From Gemmatimonadales bacterium (lineage in GTDB: Bacteria; Gemmatimonadota; Gemmatimonadetes; Gemmatimonadales; GWC2-71-9), in NCBI GenBank assembly GCA_965249575.1, contig OZ252244.1, positions 2,528,001-2,592,000 of the forward strand: a stretch of DNA of 64,000 bases, given 5' to 3'. Position numbers and translations under genes: made by a program. The notes under the pieces were generated by a model. That model worked only from the letters and a program-made list of their open reading frames with translations, was not told the origin of the DNA and did not search any database. Shown in pieces: positions 1 to 9,777 of this stretch. Numbering within the stretch: the first letter of the stretch is position 1; each line of letters starts with the position of its first letter.

Positions 1-372
1 GTCACGCAGTTCCTCGGCAGCGGTGATGGCGGCGCCGGCAACGGCATTCTCGGTCACGTACTCGGCAATCGCCGTCAGGCCGTCGAGCAGGGCGTGGGCA
101 AGGCGAGCGGACTGGATGCATCGGCCGTCAGCCGGCTGCTTCCGATGCTCGCGCCCCTCGTCATGGGTGCGGTTGGCCGCTCGCAGCGGCAGGCCAACGC
201 CGATCCTGGCGCCCTCGCCGGGCTCCTCGACACCGAGCGCAGCCAGGTCGAGAGCCAGATGCCGGCACTCGGCGGCCTCGCGCGGCTGTTGGATTCCGAT
301 GGCGACGGCCAGGTCGGAGATGACCTGGCAAATCTCGGCAAGCGCATTCTCGGCGGTTTCCTGCGCCGATAG
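1..372 (+). CDS. DUF937-like protein, 5'-partial
   Basis: Frame 1 is open from base 1 (GILGHVLG...LLPMLAPLVMG...LLDSDGDG), typical of the DUF937 family. Confidence 0.7.
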   Translation, partial: VTQFLGSGDGGAGNGILGHVLGNRRQAVEQGVGKASGLDASAVSRLLPMLAPLVMGAVGRSQRQANADPGALAGLLDTERSQVESQMPALGGLARLLDSDGDGQVGDDLANLGKRILGGFLRR

Positions 373-413
373 GTGCAGACGCGCCGCAAACTCAAAGTAA
401 GGAGAGAACTACA

Positions 414-882
414 GTGGGAATCTTCAAATTCTTGAAAAACGTGGGTCGCAAGGACGATGCCGAGACGGCCAAGCAGGAACGGAACATGGAGCTGATCAAA
501 GGCAACAAGCTCCTGCGATACGTGATGGGTCTGGGACTGAAAGTCGAGGGGCTGCGTGTCACGTTCGACGACGGCGTCGCCACCGTCACGGGCACAGCGG
601 CGACCCCAGGCAGTTCGCGAGAAGGTCGTGCTTGCTTTGGGGAACACGGAGGGCGTGTCGCAGGTCGACGACCAGATGGACGTGCAAGCCGAGGCGCCCG
701 AGGCGACCCTCTATACTGTCGAAAAGGGCGACTCGCTCTCCAAGATCGCAAAGCAGCACTATGGCGATCCGATGAAGTACCCGCTGATCTTCGATGCCAA
801 CAGGCCGATGCTCGAAGATCCCAACCTCACTTATCCGGGTCAGGTCCTTCGGATCCCGGACCCGGCGACCGCGAATAAATAG
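414..882 (+). pseudogene. BON+LysM peptidoglycan-binding protein (YgaU/Kbp-like), frameshifted near 604-607
   Basis: N-terminus (MGIFKFLKNVG...TVTG) in one frame; REKVVLALGN...YTVEKGDSLSKIAK...YPGQVLRIP in another. One extra C in the CCCC run explains it; could be a sequencing error. Confidence 0.8.
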
Positions 883-1172
883 TACGCCTCGAGCGCTGAC
901 GGTGCGCCCGACCTTTGGGCCAGGCGCGCGGTCGGTTCTCCCGACGCGGAGCTCGGACCCACAGCCGGCGCTTGCCCATTCCACCGGCTGCAAGGTTATT
1001 TCTACCGTTCTGATCACCCCTGCTCATTGAGTCGTTTGCAGGGTCACGCCGCCCCCCCGGCGTGAGGCCGCCGTTGCCGCCGCGCGAGCGACGGAAGAGA
1101 TCTGCCGAGTCGGCCTAGCGTCCGTCGTCAGATGGCCACGGCGGCGTGCGGACCTCTGTAGGAGCTGCAGGC

Positions 1173-3187
1173 ATGAGATCGATCACGTTGTCGCTTGCCC
1201 TTTCGCTCATGGTGCCGGGAAGCTCCGGCGCCCAGAGTGCGTCGTCCGGGGTCGCTCAGTCATCAGACACCGTGAGAGCGTCCCCGGTTGGCTGGCCGGT
1301 GACCGAGGGTGCGGCGGGCGGCGGACGCTACTCGCCACTCAGCGATATCAACCGCACGAACGTCTCCCGTCTCGAGGTCGCTTGGGTCTACCGTCACGGC
1401 GATTTCCGCTCCGGCGGCGTGTTGCCGGACAAGCACTTCAAGGGCAGCGCATTCGAGTCGACGCCGATCGTGGTCGGGGGCCGCCTCTTTCTTACCACCC
1501 CTTTCAACCGCGTCGTCGCGCTCGATCCGGAGACCGGCGCGGAGCTGTGGACATTCGACCCCGAAATCGACCTCGATCGCCGGTTCGCCAACATGATCAT
1601 CAACCGAGGTGTCACTTACTGGCACGATCCGAGCGCGAACGGTCCCTGCTCGAGCCGGGTGTTCCTCGGCACGCTCGACGCCCGCCTCATGGCGATCGAT
1701 GCGTCTACGGGGATGCTCTGTGCCGGTTTTGGCGATGCCGGCGCGGTGAACCTGCTCGAGGGCATCGATCACCTGGTCGATCCCTGGGAATACAACCTGA
1801 CCTCCCCGCCGACGGTCATCGGAGACAACGTCATTGTCGGATCCTCGATCGCCGACCTCACCAGGCGCATCATGCCCTCCGGATCGGTGCGTGCGTACCA
1901 TGCGCGCACCGGCGCCCCGGTATGGCGATTCAACACCATCCCTCAGCGCGGGGAATTCGGCAGTGATACTTGGGAGGACGAGAGCTGGCGTCAGAACGGC
2001 GGCGCGAACGTTTGGTCGACGATGACCGCCGACCTCGAGCGCGGGCTGGTATTTCTCCCGGTCAGCTCCGCGGGGCCGGACCTGTACGGAGGTGACCGGA
2101 AGGGGGCGAATCTGTTCTCGGATGCGCTGGTCGCGTTGCGAGCGGCAACCGGCGAGCGCGTGTGGCATTTCCAGACGGTGCACCACGATCTGTGGGACTA
2201 CGATCTTCCGGCTCCGCCGATTCTCGCGAGCGTCGTACGCGCTGGTCGCGAGGTCGATGCCGTCGTGCAGCTCACCAAGATGGGACTCGTGTTCGTGTTG
2301 GACCGCGAGACCGGAGCGCCGCTATTCCCGGTGGAGGAACGAGCGGTTCCTCCGTCCGACGTGCCGGGCGAGCGGGCGTGGCCCACCCAGCCGTTCCCGG
2401 TGAAGCCCGCTCCGCTCGTCCCCCATCAGCTGTCGGAGGACGACCTTTGGGATGCAGATGCCAGGCGCCTCGCGGCCTGCCGAGAGCGACTCCAGAGCCT
2501 TCGAAACGACGGGATCTTCACGCCGCCTAGCGAGCGGGGTTCCCTCCTGTATCCCGGCGCGGGTGGCGGCTCCACTTGGTCCGGGGGGGCGGTCGACCCC
2601 GCCCGCGGCGTCCTCTACGCCCCGGTGAACAACCTGCCCATGTGGCAGCGGCTGCGAAGGCTTCCCGACGACAACTTCGACAAGATCGACGGGCGGCCGC
2701 TGCAGGGCGGCCTCCGGGGGCTCTGGTGGGCGCTCACCGGCCGAGGAACCGGGCTCCGGTATAGCACATGGTCGAAAGGGAGTTACTCCAGACCGGCGGG
2801 GTGATGTGCAACAAGCCCCCATGGGGCACGCTGGCCGCCGTCGACCTCAACACCGGGGACATCGTTTGGCAGGTGCCCGTCGGCGAGGACGAGAGCGGTG
2901 TGCGAGGCCTGTTCAATCTCGGCCCGCCGCTCGTGACCGCGGGTGGTGTGGTGTTTCACGGCGGAACCGAAGACCGGCGGCTGTGGGCCTACGACGTCGA
3001 GACCGGAAACGTGCTCGCGCGATTCGACCTGCCGGCGGGCCTGCACGCCGGGCCGATAACGTACAAGCTGAGCGCCGAGGGCAAGCAATACCTGGTCGTT
3101 GCTCCTGGAGGGCACTTTCTCCTGGGCTCGAGGCTCGGCGATTACGTCATTGCGTACATGTTGCCGGAGGAAGTGGGCGGCAACTGA
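1173..3187 (+). pseudogene. PQQ-dependent glucose/quinate dehydrogenase family protein, frameshifted near 2765
   Basis: RYSPLSDIN, WHFQTVHHDLWDYD, then CNKPPWGTLAAVDL...GKQYLVV in the next frame (2768-3187); signal peptide and AGGAG RBS. Confidence 0.8.
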
Positions 3188-3461
3188 CGCAGCCGCTAAC
3201 AGGCTCCCCCCCAAAATGCGAGGCTTGGCCTTTCGGGCGACGATGTCCTGCTCGGTCGCCGGTCGTTCGCCGGCTCAGTCAACATGCGGGTAGCAGGATA
3301 CGACTACACCCACGACCGCATAGGCTACCAAGAGCGACGATACGGAAATGACCAACAGCCGCCGCATCCATCGGCTCGTCAAGCTCGAGCCCCCTGACCT
3401 GAAGTGCCGCTGGTGACGATGAACGTGTAACTCCGGAGGTCTTACACCTCGCCCCCGTATC

Positions 3462-3918
3462 CTACTGGCTTTCGGCCTGGCCCGGTGGTAGGGTATCGAA
3501 GTTCCACACCACCCGGCTGATCATCCAGGAATCGCCCGCTTGCCGTCGTAGAACGGTGAGCCACTTGCCGACTATCTCGGCTGAGTTTCCGTACGAGCCT
3601 CGGGCGTAGGCCAGACTCCCCACGCCATCGACCTCCGAAACCTGCAATTGCAGTCCTGGGTTCGAGTCCCCGATGCCGGCCTGGATTGCGGCCCGGCCCT
3701 CCCGCAAGGGCTGCAGGCTCGGGAGCTCGAGGGCGTCCTCGGTGTGTACGGCACCGAACGCCGTACGGTCGCCGGCACGTTCCGCGTCGGCGTATGCTTG
3801 AAAGAGACCCTTGATTGCGGCGACGTCATTGTCCGATAGCGACGCCGGCGCGGCAGGAGCGCACGCGTGCCCGCTCGTGACGAGCAGAGCCAGCTGCTCC
3901 GAACAGCCGTGTCTTCAT
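3462..3918 (-). pseudogene. SnoaL/DUF4440 (NTF2-like) protein, frameshifted in the signal peptide
   Basis: AGGAGG + ATG at 3918 is out of frame with LALLVTSG...DVAAIKGLFQAYADA...GRAAI...GKWLTVLRRQAGDSWMISRVVWN. Confidence 0.65.
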
Positions 3919-4247
3919 GGGTGACCTCCTGTCCATCGGCGCGGATGCCCGTCGTCATCCACCCTCGAAGAACTCGGGAACCTCTGGGATGCCGGGGGGC
4001 GGACACAAAGCAGTCAGGGAAACAGCGCTGTGGCAGGTCCCGTGGCAATCGGGGAAACCCCCAGGTGTGCCTCGGGGTCTCCCCACGCATCTCAACACCA
4101 CGTCACGAGCCGCGAGCCGTTGATGGGGATCGCAAGGTATTGGGTCGCACCTCTTGCGGTATGCTGAACGGCAGCTCTTCGTAGACCACGACTCGATTCG
4201 TCTGAATACGTTCGAAGGAAACAGCCCACTGATCGAAAGGAGACGTT

Positions 4248-4679
4248 GTGGCCGCCAGCAAGAAAGACCCGACCGAACCGATCCGCCTTAAAGCGAGTCG
4301 CTATCCCGCCGTAGATGAGGGAACCGCCTGCACGCAGAGTTCCTTCAAAACAGGCAACAGGGCTTTCCTGTACGTCGGGATGCAGGGCGGCCGCTACAAG
4401 ACCATGTTCAAACTGCAGGAGTCCATGCCCGAAGCCACCAAGCTGGCAAAGAACGATCCGGACCGACATGAGGTTGGCTCAAACGGATGGGTCACGGCCA
4501 GGTTTACCGCCGACAAACCCATGCCGAAGAAACTCTGGGAAAAGTGGCTTGATGAAAGTTACGAACTGAGTCTTGCAGCTGTAGCTGGAAGGAGATCCGC
4601 CGAGAAGAAGACTCCAGAGAAGAAGATCGCTAGGAAAAGGGCCGCCAAGGAGGCCACACCCCAGACGAGACGCAAATAG
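4248..4679 (+). CDS. MmcQ/YjbR-like DNA-binding protein with Lys-rich tail
   Basis: SFKTGNRAFLY...GWVT...WLDESYEL pattern; AAGGAG RBS. Confidence 0.6.
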   Translation: MAASKKDPTEPIRLKASRYPAVDEGTACTQSSFKTGNRAFLYVGMQGGRYKTMFKLQESMPEATKLAKNDPDRHEVGSNGWVTARFTADKPMPKKLWEKWLDESYELSLAAVAGRRSAEKKTPEKKIARKRAAKEATPQTRRK

Positions 4680-4771
4680 GTTCCAGCGAACCGACGGTCG
4701 CTGCCTTCCCTTGACACCTTCTTGACGATGACCGCGCACCTTCCAGCTGAATCCACTCACGGGAGGATTGC

Positions 4772-5317
4772 ATGGTTACCGCGCACGAGGCTTCCCCGCT
4801 GGCACGTCCCCGACCTGGGCGCGCGATTGGGTTCCTTACGTTGGCGATCGCCTTAGTCGCCTCAGGATGTATCGAAGCCATCGTCGGCCCCGGCGGTCCC
4901 ATGGATCTGGCCGGGACGTGGCGAGGCCGCTGGGGGAAGGACCCCTCCGGGAACGACTGCAAATTGGCGTTCACGTTCGGGGAGGGGCAATCCGCGCCTC
5001 AAACCAACACGAGCCCCGGAAGTTGGAAACTATATGAGGGGACGTGGACCTGGCTCCAGTGTGTTGGTGCTTTTGTTGATGAAACGGGACGGTCCGGGGA
5101 GGTGTCTGGAGGCCTGTGCGAGAGCACGGAGTTTGAGACTTGCAAACAACCCGGCACGTTGGCGTTTCGGGACCTGACGACCAACAGTCTCGGGCAGGCG
5201 AATACCGCCTGCATTTTATACTTCGACACGGCCAACCCCCATCGGATCAGAGGCGAGAAAGGAATCGATTCAATCGGATGGTGCAAGGCGCCGTCATGGG
5301 ATTTCAAGAAACAATGA
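4772..5317 (+). CDS. Cys-rich putative lipoprotein
   Basis: Hydrophobic segment ending in ASGC lipobox; GGAGG RBS. Confidence 0.55.
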   Translation: MVTAHEASPLARPRPGRAIGFLTLAIALVASGCIEAIVGPGGPMDLAGTWRGRWGKDPSGNDCKLAFTFGEGQSAPQTNTSPGSWKLYEGTWTWLQCVGAFVDETGRSGEVSGGLCESTEFETCKQPGTLAFRDLTTNSLGQANTACILYFDTANPHRIRGEKGIDSIGWCKAPSWDFKKQ

Positions 5318-5523
5318 CTCTTGCCCACCGCGATCGGCCCGACATTTTGCCGCCCCGAATGCCGGACCTTGCCGGGCGATTCGGAGTTGGGATCTTGGAC
5401 CTACGACCTGCGGAAAAGAGGGAAGAGATGCCGACAAGAGTGCCAGGAGGTCAAAACCGCTGAAACTCGGGTCGCCCCTCGCGGTTGCATAACTCCGTAG
5501 CCCTAGCGATGTTTTCTCCCCAC

Positions 5524-5596
<73 letters not shown>

Positions 5597-5622
5597 TACA
5601 CTTACAGCCCGCCCCCTCTCCA

Positions 5623-5647
5623 TGTCACGGGATCTATCACGGAACCT
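5623..5647 (+). promoter_or_regulatory. Putative integrase arm-type sites (left)
   Basis: TGTCACGGGATCTATCACGGAACCT matches 42386-42410 at 22/25; internal 12-bp tandem. Confidence 0.65.
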
Positions 5648-5900
5648 CCTTCGCCAACTCGGATCGGAAGTCAGCAAGGAACGCATCGATCTCGATTTTC
5701 GTCACTCGGGTCCCCAGTTCCTGGCTCTTACTGAAGGCTCGACGTGCCGCTCGCTCCACCTTCGGCCAATCGTGAGCGTAGACGGCATCCAAGGCTACGT
5801 ATACCGCGGCGTGAGGCACATCCGCGCCATATTCGCGAAGAGCGTCAACGGCAACCTTCCGAGCCGCCCTACTCGCTGTCCACTCAAAGTCGTCAGCCAT
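5637..5900 (-). CDS. Phage hypothetical protein
   Basis: 87 aa ORF with GAGGAG RBS just downstream of integrase. Confidence 0.6.
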   Translation of the reverse strand: MADDFEWTASRAARKVAVDALREYGADVPHAAVYVALDAVYAHDWPKVERAARRAFSKSQELGTRVTKIEIDAFLADFRSELAKEVP

Positions 5901-5909
5901 GCAGTCTCC

Positions 5910-6926
5910 TCATCGGGCCATCCGGAGGGCCGACGGCTCCCGGCCGACGAACCGCTTGAGCGCCGCAGCATCTTCTATAAGGAAAGCACTGGGGTCGTGG
6001 TCGGTGTAGAGCTCGTCGACCCGCGTCAGCGCGTGCCCCATGTACCGGAGGCAGCGACTCTTCGGGATGTTCGCGAGCTCGAGCCAGTGGGCGAAGGTCC
6101 GGCGCGCATCGTACACCGTGAGGATGGGGTCAAAGGCTTTCAAGCTCCGCCGGAAGGCTGGGTAGAGCACGGTCGGATGCACCGGGGTGAACACCTGCGG
6201 CACCACCCGGTCCCGCGCCTCGCGTTTGGTGCCGTGAATCCGAATCCCGCCGTCTTCGACTTCCCACGCCCCCCAGTACTCGCCAGGCCCCATGCCGGTC
6301 GAGCACATGGCCCACCACATCATCCCGCGGTCCTTCAGCGCCCGCACGACCACCCGCGCGGCGGCCGGCGACAGCGGGTGGCCGGGCTTTCGATGCACGG
6401 TCTTCGGCCGCAGCGCGGCGACTTGCTGCCAGAGTTCCGAGTCCCGACCCAGCGTATCGCGGGCGAACGCCTGCGCGGCCGCACGCGCCAGGTTGAACAT
6501 CCGGCCCTTCGCGCCATCGCGATACCGGGCGAGGAGCCGCGGGAGGTCGCTGATCATACTCTCGGGCGTCACGAACTTCTCGAACGCATACCGATAGTCG
6601 CGCGCCGTCTTCTCCTTCACGTCCACACCGGCAAGCCAGGCACGGACAGCTGTTGCGAGGGATTGAGCAAGCTCGACGGAGGGGAGCCGCTTCACACCGT
6701 ACGTCCGATAGCTCGCCCACACCTCGAGCAGCTTGAGCTTCCCATCACGGATGGCCCGGAGCGTCTCGAGTTGGTGGTGCGCCGAGAGCTCCTCGAGCAT
6801 GAGACAGAGTTTGTCGAAGAGCTTGCCGTCCGTGGTGCCAGATGCGCGACAGATCCGCCCGACCGCCGGGAATCGCTTGTCGATCACGAACGTGCCGCGA
6901 CCGCCCGATTTGAAGGCCGCACTCAT
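5910..6926 (-). CDS. int: Tyrosine recombinase/integrase (atypical box I)
   Basis: TGMGPGE, GTK, YDARRTFA, YMGH...ELY motifs; adjacent to attL; ATGA-coupled to excisionase. Confidence 0.85.
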   Translation of the reverse strand: MSAAFKSGGRGTFVIDKRFPAVGRICRASGTTDGKLFDKLCLMLEELSAHHQLETLRAIRDGKLKLLEVWASYRTYGVKRLPSVELAQSLATAVRAWLAGVDVKEKTARDYRYAFEKFVTPESMISDLPRLLARYRDGAKGRMFNLARAAAQAFARDTLGRDSELWQQVAALRPKTVHRKPGHPLSPAAARVVVRALKDRGMMWWAMCSTGMGPGEYWGAWEVEDGGIRIHGTKREARDRVVPQVFTPVHPTVLYPAFRRSLKAFDPILTVYDARRTFAHWLELANIPKSRCLRYMGHALTRVDELYTDHDPSAFLIEDAAALKRFVGREPSALRMAR

Positions 6927-7132
6927 ATGGCGCTCCGCTCCAAGAACTCGAGGACCTGTCGGACAATGTAACGCGGACGTTTCTTGCTGAGGTAGTACGT
7001 GACCGGCAGATCCTTTCGCGCGAGCTGCGTGAGGCTGATCCGTAACCACGCCGCACACTCCTCCGGCGTCAAGACCGCCTCCAAGGGTGGCGTCGTCGCC
7101 CGCACATCCTCGAGGCGCACCGACGTCGTCAC
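6923..7132 (-). CDS. Excisionase-like HTH protein
   Basis: VLTPEECAAWLRIS...PRYIVRQVLEFLE; coupled upstream of int. Confidence 0.7.
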   Translation of the reverse strand: MTTSVRLEDVRATTPPLEAVLTPEECAAWLRISLTQLARKDLPVTYYLSKKRPRYIVRQVLEFLERSAI

Positions 7133-7296
7133 AGCGCGCCCACCTGGACCAGCGCCTGCCCCACGTCGGCCGCTTCCGCAAACGCGCGCTCCGCCACCGT
7201 CGCCTTCCACACCGTCAACCCCAACCAGCGGAGCACACACGCAAAAGCCAACCCTTTGATACGCTCATCCTGCCTCCGAGTCGCGGGTGGGGGCGG

Positions 7297-7581
7297 TCAC
7301 GTGTTATCCGGCGTGCGTTGTTCAATCGCGTCGGTGGCCTTCGCAATGCGCCGGAGGAGTCTGATCGTTTCCGTACCAGAAGGCTCGACATCTGCTAGGA
7401 CCGACCGTAGTAGCGGCACCCAACACGGCACCGAATGGCGCTCGGGTTCCTCATCCCCACCTTCGGGCGAATGCCCAAGCCACCGACTGGCGCAGACCTT
7501 GCCATGGTGATACCGGCGCCGTCCCGTTGGCGCGTTCTGCTCATCAATCCATTGCAAGGCCTGTCGTGCCGCTTCGCTCAT
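7297..7581 (-). CDS. Phage hypothetical protein
   Basis: MSEAARQ... coupled to upstream ORF. Confidence 0.45.
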   Translation of the reverse strand: MSEAARQALQWIDEQNAPTGRRRYHHGKVCASRWLGHSPEGGDEEPERHSVPCWVPLLRSVLADVEPSGTETIRLLRRIAKATDAIEQRTPDNT

Positions 7582-7997
7582 TCGCTCACCCCCGGTTGGG
7601 CCAAGAGGGCGCGGGCGTGTGCCCATACCAATGGGACACCTCCGGTTCCCGTAGGCATGTATTCGTCAATGACTGCTCGCAGCGCCCCCGTCAGCGCGTC
7701 GATGCGCTCGTGGGCGGCGTCAATGTCTTGGTTGGCCTCCTGCATAGCGTCAAGGTGGCTGGCGCGTATTTCCTCCACCCCTGTGCCGTCTGCGATGTCC
7801 TCCCGCACCTGCTCCACCAGCCAGGGGAGGTGCTCACTGAGCAGCCGGTTCCGTGCCTCGTCCCACTGTGGATGTACCGGCAGGTGGCCAGGGTGCATGA
7901 CGCCGCCCGTTTCCATGTCTCGCGCAATCGCCGCCAGCCGCTCGGTGGGGTCGGTCATCGGGGGTGGCTCCTGCATGCCACCGCAACCGCTTTCCAC
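7578..7997 (-). CDS. Phage hypothetical protein (coiled-coil)
   Basis: ORF in leftward early operon. Confidence 0.5.
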   Translation of the reverse strand: MESGCGGMQEPPPMTDPTERLAAIARDMETGGVMHPGHLPVHPQWDEARNRLLSEHLPWLVEQVREDIADGTGVEEIRASHLDAMQEANQDIDAAHERIDALTGALRAVIDEYMPTGTGGVPLVWAHARALLAQPGVSE

Positions 7998-8007
7998 GAC
8001 GTGTCGG

Positions 8008-9777
8008 TCATGGACCCGACCTCGTCGTTCGACCGCGGATGAGTCCGTGGTCTACCGACAGCAGGACGTCACCCTCGTGCGCCGAGCCCCTCCACCGATG
8101 CTTCTTGCAGGTCACGCGCATCGTGTTCGGCTCGACGAGATCGGTAATCGAGTTCACCCCCTGCTCCACAAGCGCACGGTCCCCCGCCTTGTGCGTTTTC
8201 AGCACCCGCGAGAGCAGCAAGACGACGTCGGACTCCTGCTCGATCTTCCCGCAGTAGGCCAGCGACGAGAGTGGCGGTGTCCGGTAGGGACCAAAGACAT
8301 CGCGCGGCGGACGGTTGAGCTGCGCGGCCATGACCACGACGAGCTCGAGGGTGATGGCGAGTTCCTTGATCTCCTGGACCGCGCGCGCCATCACCGCCAG
8401 GTGATCCGCCCCCGGCGAGCCGAAGTCCAGGCGGTGGAAGTGGTCAATCACCACCACGCGGCATGCTCGGTCCTGGGCGATCTGCGCGAGCTGGCGGAGG
8501 GAGTCGAGGTCGACGCTCCGTGCGGGCGCGAAGTGGGCGATGTCGCGCAGCGGGTGAGCCGCTTGCTCATCAAGGTCCCGCTCGAGCTTCGCGCGGGCCC
8601 CGATCGGCAGCTTGTCCCAGTCCCCCGCCAGCACGTCCTCCTCGTCGAGGCTACAGCGCCACGCCGCCCACTTCCGCCGCAGTTGTGCCGCGTCCATCTC
8701 CATCCCGACGAAGAGCCACGGCATCTCCCGCATCGTCGTCAGATACTCCACCCAGTTGAGCAGCAGGGTGGTCTTGCCCTGCCCAGGCCGCGCGCCGATC
8801 GTCCACAGCTGACCGGGCACCAATGGCCCCGTGAGGTTGTGCAGATCCGTCCATCCCCACGTCGGGGCCGTCCGGTAATCCTGGTCGTTCAGTTCGCGCG
8901 CCTTCGTGACCTGCTCGTCGACCCAGACCGTGGCGTCAATCCCCTCGTGTTCATGTTCCACGAGTTCGAGGTGTCCCCGCTTGCGCGCTTCCCGTCCGGC
9001 GACACTGGAGACGATCTGGTGCACCTCGGCGTGCGCGAGCGGCGGGCGGCACTTCGCGGTGTTCAGCGCCGAGACGAGCTCGAGGACTTCGCGGGGTGGA
9101 TGGCCCTTTGCCAGTAACCGGCCGGCGTACGAGGTCAGGGTGTGGTTCCGTTCGCCTTCGCCAATCACCGGCCGGCTCGGAATCGTGACGGCGTCCGTGG
9201 GAACGGTCCCCTGACGTAATCGCTCGAGGAGAGCATGGGGCAGCGGGGCAGGCGGACACTCGCGAGGGCCCAGTCCACGCTCTCGGTCCCAGCGATACTG
9301 CCGGCCGCTCTGATGCCGACTCGGCGGCACGACGATGTACCCCCCATCCGCGCGGACGTCCACGTGCGGAGCCAACGCCACGCGATTCTGGATAGGCGTC
9401 TCCGGTGCCCGAAAAATCGCGTGGCGCCCTTTGCCCGTCAGGCTGGTGGCCGTCGGCGGGTTGCCGCAGATGGCTTGGAGTGCCGCCTCACCGTCCGGTC
9501 CGTCGACGTCGATCGCGACGATTCCACTGACCTGGCCCGTCGCGACGCCGATGTTCGCGGTCGGCCATTTGGTCCACCACGCCGTGACGACATCTGCGGC
9601 CATCGTCGCGTCCTTCACGCCGTGCAGCGTGCGCGGGTGTTTCCCGGCGCTCGCACACGCCCGGCCACACGAGCACCGGCCGTGATGAATCGAGTGCAAC
9701 GGGAAGACCGCCCACCCGAGCTCGAGGGCGTACGCGAGCGCCGCCTTGGCCAGGCCGGTCAGCGGCAGGGCGCTCAC
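8008..9777 (-). CDS. Prim-Pol + PriCT-1 + DnaB-like helicase fusion
   Basis: GWAVFPLH...GKHP, ANIGVATG, IDVD, H, DVRADGGY; EGERNHTL (PriCT); GARPGQGKT, VVIDHF, AAQLNR, IEQESD (DnaB). Confidence 0.9.
   Translation of the reverse strand: MSALPLTGLAKAALAYALELGWAVFPLHSIHHGRCSCGRACASAGKHPRTLHGVKDATMAADVVTAWWTKWPTANIGVATGQVSGIVAIDVDGPDGEAALQAICGNPPTATSLTGKGRHAIFRAPETPIQNRVALAPHVDVRADGGYIVVPPSRHQSGRQYRWDRERGLGPRECPPAPLPHALLERLRQGTVPTDAVTIPSRPVIGEGERNHTLTSYAGRLLAKGHPPREVLELVSALNTAKCRPPLAHAEVHQIVSSVAGREARKRGHLELVEHEHEGIDATVWVDEQVTKARELNDQDYRTAPTWGWTDLHNLTGPLVPGQLWTIGARPGQGKTTLLLNWVEYLTTMREMPWLFVGMEMDAAQLRRKWAAWRCSLDEEDVLAGDWDKLPIGARAKLERDLDEQAAHPLRDIAHFAPARSVDLDSLRQLAQIAQDRACRVVVIDHFHRLDFGSPGADHLAVMARAVQEIKELAITLELVVVMAAQLNRPPRDVFGPYRTPPLSSLAYCGKIEQESDVVLLLSRVLKTHKAGDRALVEQGVNSITDLVEPNTMRVTCKKHRWRGSAHEGDVLLSVDHGLIRGRTTRSGP

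Noticed and set aside
5622..9117. Long plus-strand ORFs (449 aa, 560 aa) and similar ones at 31095-32717 and 33851-35374
   Set aside because: Antisense shadows of well-supported minus-strand genes in GC-rich DNA; no motifs
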